Positions 8,778-17,614 of a stretch of 64,000 bases of DNA are shown piece after piece. Within the stretch, counting starts at the first letter, position 1. Each line of letters begins with the position of its first letter. The notes under the pieces were generated by a model that had not been told where the DNA came from, searched no databases, and saw only the letters and a list, made by a program, of their open reading frames with translations. The DNA is from a virus: IMG/VR virus record IMGVR_UViG_3300013102_000002, positions 96,001 to 160,000 of that record; one strand, written 5' to 3'. The translations under genes were made by a program, and so were the position numbers.

Positions 8778-8904
8778 ATTCATGAAGAAAATTGCGCCAG
8801 TAATGGGCACACTGTTTTCAGCAGTTGCAGTTCTAAGCACAGCTTCGACCGCATCTGCTTTGTGGCTCGGTAGTAATCCGGCTCCAAAGAGTTTGAGAAA
8901 GTAA
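8770..8904 (+). CDS. agrD: AgrD-like cyclic lactone autoinducer precursor (44 aa)
   Basis: GGGGGTG RBS; MNKFMKKIAPVMGTLFSAVAVLSTASTASALWLGSNPAPKSLRK: amphipathic leader, TASxxWx core, PxPxxL tail; overlaps the agrB stop; not in ORF track. Confidence 0.88.
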   Translation: MNKFMKKIAPVMGTLFSAVAVLSTASTASALWLGSNPAPKSLRK

Positions 8905-8973
8905 AATTTAGGCGAATCGTCTCCTCCCATTTATATAGTGGGAGGATATGCCGCCAAATTGGAGGCTATTATT

Positions 8974-9363
8974 TTGGGCGATAGAATAATGGTTATCAAA
9001 GTTGAAATAGATCTGAAAAAAAAGGAATACATAACCGGGGAAGCCCAATGGCTAGAAGTAGAAAAAATATTGAATACAAGAGTTGAAAGAATAAAAGGAC
9101 GAGACAAAATCATAATCAATACTACAGAAGGGTTGTTTTTTTATAATGTACTAGCAGACAACTTCACATCTTTAATGTCGGAATTAAATGGATTTGAAAT
9201 AGCTGATAGAGGTGTAATCGTTAATCTTGAGAATGAGGTTGCTCTTGACCTAGATAAAAGAGTTATTGTATTTGAAGACTATCCTAGTATCATAGCTCCA
9301 GTGGGAGGATCACGACTTCCTGATATTAAGAAGTTAATAAAAAAATGGGTACTAAAAAAGTAG
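8974..9363 (+). CDS. Stand-alone LytTR DNA-binding protein (no receiver domain)
   Basis: IIINTTEG...L...GFEIADRGVIVNL...D..KRVIVFE LytTR pattern; TTG at 8974 is 8 nt after GGAGG (track start 8938). Confidence 0.75.
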   Translation: MGDRIMVIKVEIDLKKKEYITGEAQWLEVEKILNTRVERIKGRDKIIINTTEGLFFYNVLADNFTSLMSELNGFEIADRGVIVNLENEVALDLDKRVIVFEDYPSIIAPVGGSRLPDIKKLIKKWVLKK

Positions 9364-9410
9364 TACTCATTAAAAAATAAATATATATAAGTTAAATCGT
9401 TAATCAACCA

Positions 9411-9462
9411 TTGCAATAAAGAAATATTAAATGTATAATTAATAAATAAGAACATTTGTTCC
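9411..9462 (+). promoter_or_regulatory. SigA-type promoter with LexA/DinR box
   Basis: TTGCAA-17-TATAAT (9411-9439); AGAACATTTGTTCC at 9449-9462. Confidence 0.7.
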
Positions 9463-9683
9463 TGTTTTCATCATCCGACACGAACCGACAAATTATAACC
9501 TCCGAAGAAAAATATGGCAATTGTCAACACTAAAGTTGTTGCACAATTATCGTATTGAAATAGTATCACATTAGATATATGATATATTTACCACTTATGA
9601 GTGAGGGAGCCGATGTCTATTTTTCAACTCAGATATGATAGTAGTAACAACGGGGAGCATTTCAAAAAAGAGGGGATACGCAC

Positions 9684-10076
9684 ATGCACTTATCAATGAT
9701 CAGAGAACTCTCGATGGCACTAAACGTTGATTCTAATGCTGCTGGTTTCTGGAATAACGTACGTTATCTATTTAAAACAGATGATGAGGTCAGGTCATTA
9801 CTGCATGAGTGTGCTGGGAAATCGAGAAGAGAAATAGATAAGTATATTTCAAAAGTAAGGAATGAAAAAATAAAAAAGTATCGTTTTCTGTCTTTAAATG
9901 ATTTTGTAAGTAGCTTCAATGTCGATAAGATTACTGCTCTCGAAAGGATGTTCCAAGAGCCAATTGATATTTCGAAACTATCCAAATTGACTACCAATGA
10001 CCCAACCCGCATATTCACTATACATAGCAACCTACCACTTGCGGTGTGGTTCATGAGTTTTGTAATCTATTTGTAG
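9684..10076 (+). CDS. Hypothetical protein
   Basis: 130-aa ORF, GAGGGG RBS, followed by CCGGGA...TCCCGG hairpin. Confidence 0.7.
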   Translation: MHLSMIRELSMALNVDSNAAGFWNNVRYLFKTDDEVRSLLHECAGKSRREIDKYISKVRNEKIKKYRFLSLNDFVSSFNVDKITALERMFQEPIDISKLSKLTTNDPTRIFTIHSNLPLAVWFMSFVIYL

Positions 10077-10143
10077 TTGTAGTAGAGTATTTGTGAAATT
10101 ATGCACGTTATTGTAAGCCGGGAGTAAAATCCCGGTAAAACAA

Positions 10144-10198
10144 TTTAATAAATAAATATATAAAAAGTATTGACGCATTTAAATTGACGGAGTATATT
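10144..10198 (+). promoter_or_regulatory. Early promoter with TTTAATAAATAAATAT motif
   Basis: Motif at 10144; TTGACG-17-TATATT at 10170-10198. Confidence 0.7.
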
Positions 10199-10268
10199 AA
10201 AGAAGAAGAGAGAAACAAACAAAAGCAAATCTTAATGAAGTTAATAATTTTATCAAGAAATTTAATGT

Positions 10269-10342
10269 GGGTCTTTCGTCTAATTGGTTAAGGCTTCTAT
10301 CTCATAAATAGAATAATGCCCGTTCAAGTCGGGTGAGACCCA
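10269..10342 (+). tRNA. tRNA with CAT anticodon (elongator Met or lysidine Ile2); CCA not encoded
   Basis: Acceptor GGGTCTT/GAGACCC, D arm GTCT/AGGC, anticodon arm TCTAT-CTCATAA-ATAGA, T arm GCCCG-TTCAAGT-CGGGT, discriminator A. Confidence 0.9.
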
Positions 10343-10354
10343 TAGAATTAAAAT

Positions 10355-10445
10355 GCCATGCGAAAGCATGTTGAATATATAGTCTTACGTAAGTGAGGTT
10401 ATAGATATTCTAATACTGAAAGGTGGTGAACCGACAAACTCAGTT
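10355..10445 (+). ncRNA. Candidate structured RNA downstream of tRNA
   Basis: CATGC-GAAA-GCATG and CTTAC-GTAA-GTGAG GNRA-capped stems, the latter extended by GAATAT...ATATTC; ACTGA...TCAGT third stem. Confidence 0.4.
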
Positions 10446-10477
10446 TTGTACGATACATATAGAAGTGGGTAAGAATA

Positions 10478-11416
10478 ATGAGTTTACAACCAACATACGG
10501 AAATTTCGAAGTAAGAGGTATTGTAACCGGAATGTTAAACTCCAAAGCATATAGTGATGGAGACATGCAGGATGGACAATGGAACAGGGTTCAGTTTGGT
10601 GTAAAGGTTAGTAACAATGCGTTCGTTTATGTCGAACTAATGGGGAATAAAACAAGTAAGATAAAGATGTTTAAAATTGATCCAATGACGAAGAGATATG
10701 ATAAAAATAATCACATAATGGTTAACTGGGATGAAAAGTATAGTCAGAAGTATAATGGCTATAAATACTTCCAACCAGTAAAGATTAATCTTTTAGGGTT
10801 AGATGCCGAAGATGTTCAATTGATCGGATATGACGCTGCTGAATACATCAGAGATAACCTAAAAGATGGTACATACATATTGATCAAAGGTTCGTTACGA
10901 TTTAATGAATACAAAGGCGATACTCAAGAAAATTTTATCATCAAAGAAATATATATTATGGATCAGAATGAGTTATCAAATGAAGCTTATTTTGCCCAGG
11001 AGATTGTTTATATGGGAATTGAAGATATAAACAAGTCAAAGTGTAAAGTAAATTCAAAATTGATTGTTCGTAATTCCGATGGATTTGATATCATCCCCTA
11101 CTCTTTTTTCATTAATAATAAAGATAGTAAGATGAAAAGTGTTTATGATTACTTCAAAGATAATATTCAGATTGGATCAACTTTAAAAGTTCATGGTTTG
11201 ATTAGGAATTATGTTCCTATGACCTGGACATATGAAGGGCAAGAACTTATATGTGGTTCTGCGGTTAAAGAATTGGAGATTACAGGGGGGAATATATCTT
11301 CATTGGTTCAAGGCAGATATATTCCTGAAGAACTGGAATCGAACATTATTCAAGGTTCACCGTTTGAGGATGATTCGCAAACACATGATAAAGGAGTAAA
11401 CAAATTTGGGTTCTGA
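10478..11416 (+). CDS. Double OB-fold ssDNA-binding-like protein
   Basis: N-terminal NFEVRGIV, twin G...(I/V).G...N/Y strand patterns, acidic tail; parallels 11544..12560. Confidence 0.55.
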   Translation: MSLQPTYGNFEVRGIVTGMLNSKAYSDGDMQDGQWNRVQFGVKVSNNAFVYVELMGNKTSKIKMFKIDPMTKRYDKNNHIMVNWDEKYSQKYNGYKYFQPVKINLLGLDAEDVQLIGYDAAEYIRDNLKDGTYILIKGSLRFNEYKGDTQENFIIKEIYIMDQNELSNEAYFAQEIVYMGIEDINKSKCKVNSKLIVRNSDGFDIIPYSFFINNKDSKMKSVYDYFKDNIQIGSTLKVHGLIRNYVPMTWTYEGQELICGSAVKELEITGGNISSLVQGRYIPEELESNIIQGSPFEDDSQTHDKGVNKFGF

Positions 11417-11543
11417 TGAAAGGATGTGAGGGCATAGTCAATTCAATGCGAAGTCCACCGATGTAATGAAGTGCCGCAAAATTAACCTTATACTTAAAAC
11501 TTTAAAAAACTAAACTTATACATATGGGAGAGATAAATTAATA

Positions 11544-12560
11544 ATGACAACCGAAAACAAAAAACTTCAAGAGGGCATTAATAATATTCACATCGAAGGC
11601 CTGGTAAAGGAAATTCGTATTGAAGAAAAGCCCATCGGCGGAAAAGATGCTATTTCTGGAGAAATTGATATCCAAGTTACCCCAGATTCAATTCATACAA
11701 TCAACGTATTTTCCTATAAATTGACTCAAGAAGGTAAGGTTAGTGGATTGTATAAAACGCTCGTTACAATTCGAGATGAATACAAAACTATTGATGCAGA
11801 CGGAATTGATAATGCAGACAAGGTGCGAGTTGAAACATCGGGTAAATTTGACAACGGTAAAGTTAGCAAAAATGAATATGTTGGTCAAGATGGAGAATGG
11901 AAGTCGTTCCCTCGTCTGACTGCAAAATTTGTAAATCGCCTAAAGGCTGGAGAAGTATTTGAACCACAAGCAAAATTCAACCTGGAAGTTGCGGTTGCTG
12001 GAACTAAAGAAGAAGTTCGTAATAACGAAGAAACTGGACGGCTTATTCTTAAAGGCTATATTGTTAATTTTCAAGATCAGAAAGACGACTTTAAGAAGAT
12101 TTATCCGTTTGACTTCATTGTTGAAAATCCAACATCCGTAAAGTATGTTCAGAATAATTACGAAAAAGGTCAAACAGTTAAGATTCATGGGGATATCGTT
12201 AACAGCAAAATTGTCACCAAACGTCTTGTAGAAGTGGGATTTGGAGATCCTCAAGAAGAAATTGAGCGTAAAGAAGTACGTGAGTACATTATTGTTTCCG
12301 GTACACCTCCATATGACGAAGATGATAAAAATGCTTTTGATGCTGTACTTATTCGTGAAGCACTAAAAAAACGTGAAGCTGCAATTGAAAAGAAAAAAGA
12401 AGAAAAAGCAAATGGAAATAATAATTCATCAAATTCAAATGGTGGATTCGGTGGTTCAAGCTCTAGTCAGGCAAAGAATCTTCAAAATCCATTTGGGAAT
12501 GATCCGTTTTCGGGAGACGGTAAACCGCTAGACATTTCGGACGCAGACTTGCCGTTCTGA
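11544..12560 (+). CDS. Phage SSB-like protein (SPbeta YorF-like)
   Basis: NNIHIEGLVKE, YEKGQTVKIHGDI, G/N/S linker and DISDADLPF SSB-type tail. Confidence 0.8.
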   Translation: MTTENKKLQEGINNIHIEGLVKEIRIEEKPIGGKDAISGEIDIQVTPDSIHTINVFSYKLTQEGKVSGLYKTLVTIRDEYKTIDADGIDNADKVRVETSGKFDNGKVSKNEYVGQDGEWKSFPRLTAKFVNRLKAGEVFEPQAKFNLEVAVAGTKEEVRNNEETGRLILKGYIVNFQDQKDDFKKIYPFDFIVENPTSVKYVQNNYEKGQTVKIHGDIVNSKIVTKRLVEVGFGDPQEEIERKEVREYIIVSGTPPYDEDDKNAFDAVLIREALKKREAAIEKKKEEKANGNNNSSNSNGGFGGSSSSQAKNLQNPFGNDPFSGDGKPLDISDADLPF

Positions 12561-12596
12561 GTAACAAATAAAAATAAGATATGAGTAATTAAATTA

Positions 12597-12627
12597 TGGG
12601 GCAGATTTAAAGTCTGCCCCAACCATA
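12597..12627 (+). terminator. Intergenic hairpin
   Basis: GGGGCAGAT-TTAAA-GTCTGCCCC. Confidence 0.5.
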
Positions 12628-12658
12628 AAAAACATACATAGAGGAGATAGATATATAA

Positions 12659-13846
12659 ATGGCGATTGATATTTTTAATATTGAACCAACAGTGATTTCG
12701 CGCGACCTGAGAGGTAAGATTGTTACTTTTTATGGGGAATATAAAACAGGCAAAACGACAAACGCAGTGAAATTTCCCAAACATCTCCTTCTTGCAACAG
12801 AGGTTGGCTATAACGCTTTGGCGGGAGTCAAGGCACAAAAAATCAGCAAATGGTCGGATTTCAAGTCTGTGCTTAAACAACTTAAGAATCCTGGAGCTTC
12901 AGATATGTTTGAAACGGTCATTATTGATACCGCCGATATCCTATATGATCTTTGCGAGAAGTTTATTCTGAACCGTGAAGGCGTAGATAAAATTGGGGAT
13001 ATTCCTTATGGGCAAGGATATGGAATGGTAGAAAAAGAATACGATGAGGGTCTGCGCGAAATTCCGCTGCTTGGGTTCGGACTTGTAATGATTAGTCACT
13101 CAGAGGACAAAACATTTAAAGATGAGCATGGAGAAGAATATAATAAAATCGTTCCAACCCTTCCTAAGAAGCCGCGCAAAATTGTTCTTCGTATGAGCGA
13201 CATTATTGCTTTTAGTAAGTCGATTGATACAGAGACTGGGACAAAAACAGCCTTGTATATGCGAGGAACTACAAGATTTGAAGCAGGGAGCCGATTCAAA
13301 TATACACCAGATGTTATCGAATTCACTTATGATAATCTAGTAAATGCTATTGCTGATGCGATTGAAAAACAAGAACTTGAAGATGGAGCAACAGTTGTAG
13401 CGGAGCATATTAACAATTATGAAGATAAAGAAATCAGAAGTTTCGAAACAGTGTTTAATAATATTCAAGACATGGGCAACAATCTCGTTGGAATCGGTAA
13501 AATTGCCGAAGTTAACAAGGTAGTTGAAGGTTATCTCGGTAAGGGTAAAAATATTAAAGATACAACAGAAGAGCAACTCGATATTCTTGTTCTGATTGAA
13601 GATGATCTAAAAGACATTGCTGAAAAGTATAAATCACAGTTTATTGACTTTAGTAAATATGATTTCGATGCGCTGAAGAAAGAAATTATTGCTAATGGTA
13701 AGAGACTATTCGATCTTGGTAAAAACTCGGAAGTAACAAAGTCAATTGAAAAACACCTTGGAGTAGGGAAGAAAGTAACTGACTTTGCAAAAGAACATGT
13801 TGTTCTTATGACAACAATTTTGGAAGAATTAAAGGCTGTAAAGTAA
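12659..13846 (+). CDS. AAA_24 / Sak4-like ATPase (SPbeta YorG-like) with duplicated C-terminal helical repeat
   Basis: YGEYKTGKTT Walker A, VIIDTAD Walker B, GSRF; two V...E.YLG.GK / HLG.GK repeats. Confidence 0.85.
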   Translation: MAIDIFNIEPTVISRDLRGKIVTFYGEYKTGKTTNAVKFPKHLLLATEVGYNALAGVKAQKISKWSDFKSVLKQLKNPGASDMFETVIIDTADILYDLCEKFILNREGVDKIGDIPYGQGYGMVEKEYDEGLREIPLLGFGLVMISHSEDKTFKDEHGEEYNKIVPTLPKKPRKIVLRMSDIIAFSKSIDTETGTKTALYMRGTTRFEAGSRFKYTPDVIEFTYDNLVNAIADAIEKQELEDGATVVAEHINNYEDKEIRSFETVFNNIQDMGNNLVGIGKIAEVNKVVEGYLGKGKNIKDTTEEQLDILVLIEDDLKDIAEKYKSQFIDFSKYDFDALKKEIIANGKRLFDLGKNSEVTKSIEKHLGVGKKVTDFAKEHVVLMTTILEELKAVK

Positions 13847-13850
13847 GACC

Positions 13851-13938
13851 TAATAAAAGACAGATTTCATGAGGATTTAATGTCTATATATGGTGTATTA
13901 TAAACAAATATACACCATATATAGATGAAATATTAATA
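13851..13938 (+). repeat. Left copy of 88-bp imperfect inverted repeat (partner 40941..41028); core palindrome plus tandem NrdR-box-like sites
   Basis: 60/88 gapless identity by hand to the reverse complement of 40941..41028. Confidence 0.8.
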
Positions 13939-14309
13939 TGATGGAGGATAATATGGATAAGCATACACATAACGTGAGTGTTAGTAATCACAATCACGGC
14001 TTTGATATTGGCGGAATTACTATCAGAGACACATCTAGTGCATTGGCGAGTATTTGGGACAGTGTTGCATATAAAACAACCAACAAAAAGGAGAATGAAA
14101 ATATGGAAACTTTGTATCAAGTAACTGTAGTAGCAAAAAATAAGGAAATTATCCTTGATAAAGAATCAGTTGTGGCGGTCGATCAAGAAAATGCTAAATT
14201 CATGGTGGGTCTTTATGGAATTTTGGCAGACAGAGAACTGACTCCAGCAGATGTAACGGTTATTGTAACGGCAATTGGTCAAGTTAAAATCGAAAAAGAA
14301 TCTAAGTAA
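13938..14309 (+). CDS. Hypothetical protein (possible internal start near 14103)
   Basis: 123-aa ORF; strong internal AGGAG. Confidence 0.5.
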   Translation: MMEDNMDKHTHNVSVSNHNHGFDIGGITIRDTSSALASIWDSVAYKTTNKKENENMETLYQVTVVAKNKEIILDKESVVAVDQENAKFMVGLYGILADRELTPADVTVIVTAIGQVKIEKESK

Positions 14310-14377
14310 TCATTACATAAGAATAAAAATACATAGCCTCACTGTAATGGTGGGGCTATATCTAAAACACGGAGGTT

Positions 14378-14923
14378 ATGATGCTGAACGCAATTATCGC
14401 CCTGATATTCTCATTTGCTCTGGCTCACTCAGGGATCAATGAACAAGCGGTCGGGGAAAACAAAGAAACTATGCCAATTGAAAAGAAAGTCGTCCAGACG
14501 GTTAAGGTTGAGAATGAAAAGAAAGTTGCAAAGGTTGAACCAAAAGAAATTTCAACAATTGCTGAAGAATACAAAGATTTTGAACAAGAATTAACGCCAG
14601 ATAGTACATGGGATACATATATTATTACTGCGTATGAGAATGGTGTAAGCTCTACAGGGAAGCGTCCAGGAGACAAGGGGTATTCGATTACTAGGTCAGG
14701 CAAAAAGACCGTGCAAGGCGTTACAGCGGCTGGAGATTTGAGTAAATTACCACTTGGAACAATAGTTTATATCGAATCAATTGGGTATCGCACAATACTT
14801 GATTCAGGGTCAAAAGTAAAAAATAAACATATTGATGTATTTATGGAGTCATATGATGATTGTATGGAGTTTGGGCGGCAGAAGCTTAAGGTCAAAATCA
14901 TTAAAATGGGAGAGTTGGATTAA
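14378..14923 (+). CDS. Secreted 3D-domain (lytic transglycosylase-like) protein, YorM-like
   Basis: Signal peptide; TAY, TRSG, A.D...PLGT.VYI, DSG, IDVF. Confidence 0.85.
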   Translation: MMLNAIIALIFSFALAHSGINEQAVGENKETMPIEKKVVQTVKVENEKKVAKVEPKEISTIAEEYKDFEQELTPDSTWDTYIITAYENGVSSTGKRPGDKGYSITRSGKKTVQGVTAAGDLSKLPLGTIVYIESIGYRTILDSGSKVKNKHIDVFMESYDDCMEFGRQKLKVKIIKMGELD

Positions 14924-15468
14924 TGAAGAATAAAGTTTTCGTACTCATGGCCTACAGCGGTGCGGGGAAGACGGAGATTGCTAAAGAGTTAGAAAAACAC
15001 GGTTACGATGTTTTGCAGTCGTATACAACGAGACAGCCGCGCTACAAAGGCGAATACGGGCACATGTTCTGTTCGGTAGAGGAATATGAACAGTTTGAGA
15101 AAAACGGTGAAGTTGCTGCGTATAGTTTGATTGAGGGGAATCATTATTTTAGCACAAAAGATCAGATTAAAAACAGTAAAAACAACCTCATTTATGTTTG
15201 CGATCCAGATGGAATCAAAGACCTTAAAGAAAAAGTTCCAGATGTTGAGTTTATCACAATCTACATCAAAGTAGATAAAAAAACTCGTTGGAGACGGATG
15301 GTAGAACGTGGAGATAGCACAGATAAAATTCTTAGTCGAGTTACAACTGATGGAATTAAGTTTGCAAAAAAACGCTTTGATTACCAAGTCATCAATTATG
15401 AATTTGATAAAGCAGTAAAGATAATCAAGAATATTATTGAGGTGGAAAACGAACAACCATTAAATTAA
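14923..15468 (+). CDS. gmk: Guanylate kinase-like nucleotide kinase
   Basis: AYSGAGKT P-loop, SYTTRQPR, DPDG. Confidence 0.88.
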   Translation: MKNKVFVLMAYSGAGKTEIAKELEKHGYDVLQSYTTRQPRYKGEYGHMFCSVEEYEQFEKNGEVAAYSLIEGNHYFSTKDQIKNSKNNLIYVCDPDGIKDLKEKVPDVEFITIYIKVDKKTRWRRMVERGDSTDKILSRVTTDGIKFAKKRFDYQVINYEFDKAVKIIKNIIEVENEQPLN

Positions 15469-17332
15469 AAAGGGAAGTGATGATATGTTTCCTGTTGATT
15501 TAGAAATTTTCAAGGACGTTCTTGATGCGGTTGTTAGTGGAGACTATACATATAGCGAGTTGTTGGAGTTAAGAGACAAGTTGAAAGACGTAGCGGACTA
15601 TGTAGAACGGTTGTTAGATGAAGAGTAAATGATGATAAAACTGTTAATTTATGAAGAAATTAAAGGAGGATAAAAATGGATAAATATGAAGTAGGATCAA
15701 AAGTGATGTTGCTTGAAAGTAGTTATGCAGAAAATTTGGGGATCACAGGAATGACCGGATACATTATTGATGAAGATAGTGATCATTATGATTATGCAGT
15801 AGAATATTCTCTTCCAAAACTGAATAGAAAAATGAAGGACTTTTTCAATCACAAAGAACTAACTTTAGTCACTGAGGATTAATAATGAACAAACCTAAGA
15901 AAAAATTGGTACTAGGGGAGAATAAAATGGAAACGAAACTTGGCGAATGGGCTGAAAGTATTAATGCCTTTTGGTGTGGTGGGAATGGTATGGAATGTGT
16001 TGCACGAAAAGGGGCTTTAGAGGTACTTGTTTATGACTGCGACCAGTATCCATGTCCACCGAATTACGTAGTTTTGTTGGGGATGGGGCGAAGAATTAGA
16101 ACGCTGGATGATTTCAACGAAGCATTAACCAGTGGAGTACGGATGAAAGCGACTTATGAAAAAGCTGGAACTGGAGCATTTGGAGATTAATTTCTTGATA
16201 AAAACCGCATTTTATTTGAATATTTAAGGAGATGGTAGAGTGGATATTTTTCAAACTATTCAGAAGAAAGTAAATAAAATTGCCAAAGAGACATATAAAT
16301 TGGATGAAGATCCGCCAGAATTCATCGTCAGTCTATTATATGAAAAGGCAGAAAACGGCGCAAAGGATATTGATCATAAAATTATCCTAACCATTAAACA
16401 TTGTGGATTTTCATTTAGCAAAGTGATTTTTCCTCAAACATCGCAAAGATACGGTTATGAATCTTTAGAAGAAGAAATGAAATATATGTATAACAAAACG
16501 ATGTAAGAGGTGAATCATGAGCATTGATAAAGATGGTTTTGGTAACGAAGTATGTTCTAAGTGTGGAGAAGAGATATATAACTCAGAGACATTGAGTAGG
16601 TGTTTGAGATGTGGGAAATCGACTCCCAGAGAAATGAGCGGTAAGGAATATTATAAGAATAAATATATGGATGGTGAAAATAATGAAAATTGAAGTGCCG
16701 CTATATAAGGAATCAGAAAAGTATATCAAAGAAACTTTTTCACGATACACCGAGAGTAGGGAGTTGCCATTTTCATTGACACTTGACAATTGCATTATCC
16801 ATATGTATCCGCACAGTGATACATACGATGATAATGGCGAATTGAATGGTTATGTTGATGCCTTGTTTTTTAGAGCACATATATACGATGTGAAAAATGG
16901 TGTAGTTTATAAATCTGAAATTCACGATGCAATTTTTACTGAAGCAAACTGTCAAATTAAATATTTTAAAGACATGAGTACAATGGTTCATTTTGAGAGA
17001 CCAATTAATATAATTATGGGCAGAGCAATTCACGTAATGAGTGTTTGATAATGGTTAATAAAATAAGGAATTGATTAGGAAAGGAGGGCTGCTTAATGGA
17101 ACTGAATGGAATATATGTAGTTTTATTTAAACATCCAGATGATAATACAAGTTCTTGTCATCATTACAGGTTTGAAGGCAGGTGTGAGAACTTTGTTACA
17201 ATAGGTACTTGTGCTTTTTCAAATGACAAAAAAGAAATGCTATTAGTTAACTATAGAGATATAGTTCAGATGAGATTAAAATAACGCCTTACCAAATGGA
17301 TCTTTTAAATAGAAAGGATGAAATAAATACAC

Positions 17333-17614
17333 ATGAGTGAAACTAAAGTAGTTAATAAATATCACAAATTACCATATGACATCTATTGCGGCAGAGGATC
17401 TAAATGGGGAAACCCATTTGTTATAGGCAAGGACGGAGATAGAGATGAAGTGTGTGATAAATACGAAGAGTGGTTTCCTAGTCAAGAACACTTGGTCAAA
17501 GACCTGCATGAGTTAAAAGGGAAAACTTTGTGCTGCTTCTGTAAGCCTAAGAGGTGTCATGTTGATTTTTTAGCAAAAAGGGCAGATGAAACTAGAAAGG
17601 AAAGTGCCAATTGA
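17333..17614 (+). CDS. DUF4326 family protein
   Basis: YDIYCGRGSKWGNPF...L.GK.L.C.C.P..CH. Confidence 0.85.
   Translation: MSETKVVNKYHKLPYDIYCGRGSKWGNPFVIGKDGDRDEVCDKYEEWFPSQEHLVKDLHELKGKTLCCFCKPKRCHVDFLAKRADETRKESAN

Noticed and set aside
8730-8930. 66-aa minus-strand ORF in the track
   Set aside because: Antisense shadow of agrD, which has the RBS and family motifs
10269-10342. Initiator tRNA-fMet
   Set aside because: Has a paired G1-C72 and lacks the three G-C pairs in the anticodon stem
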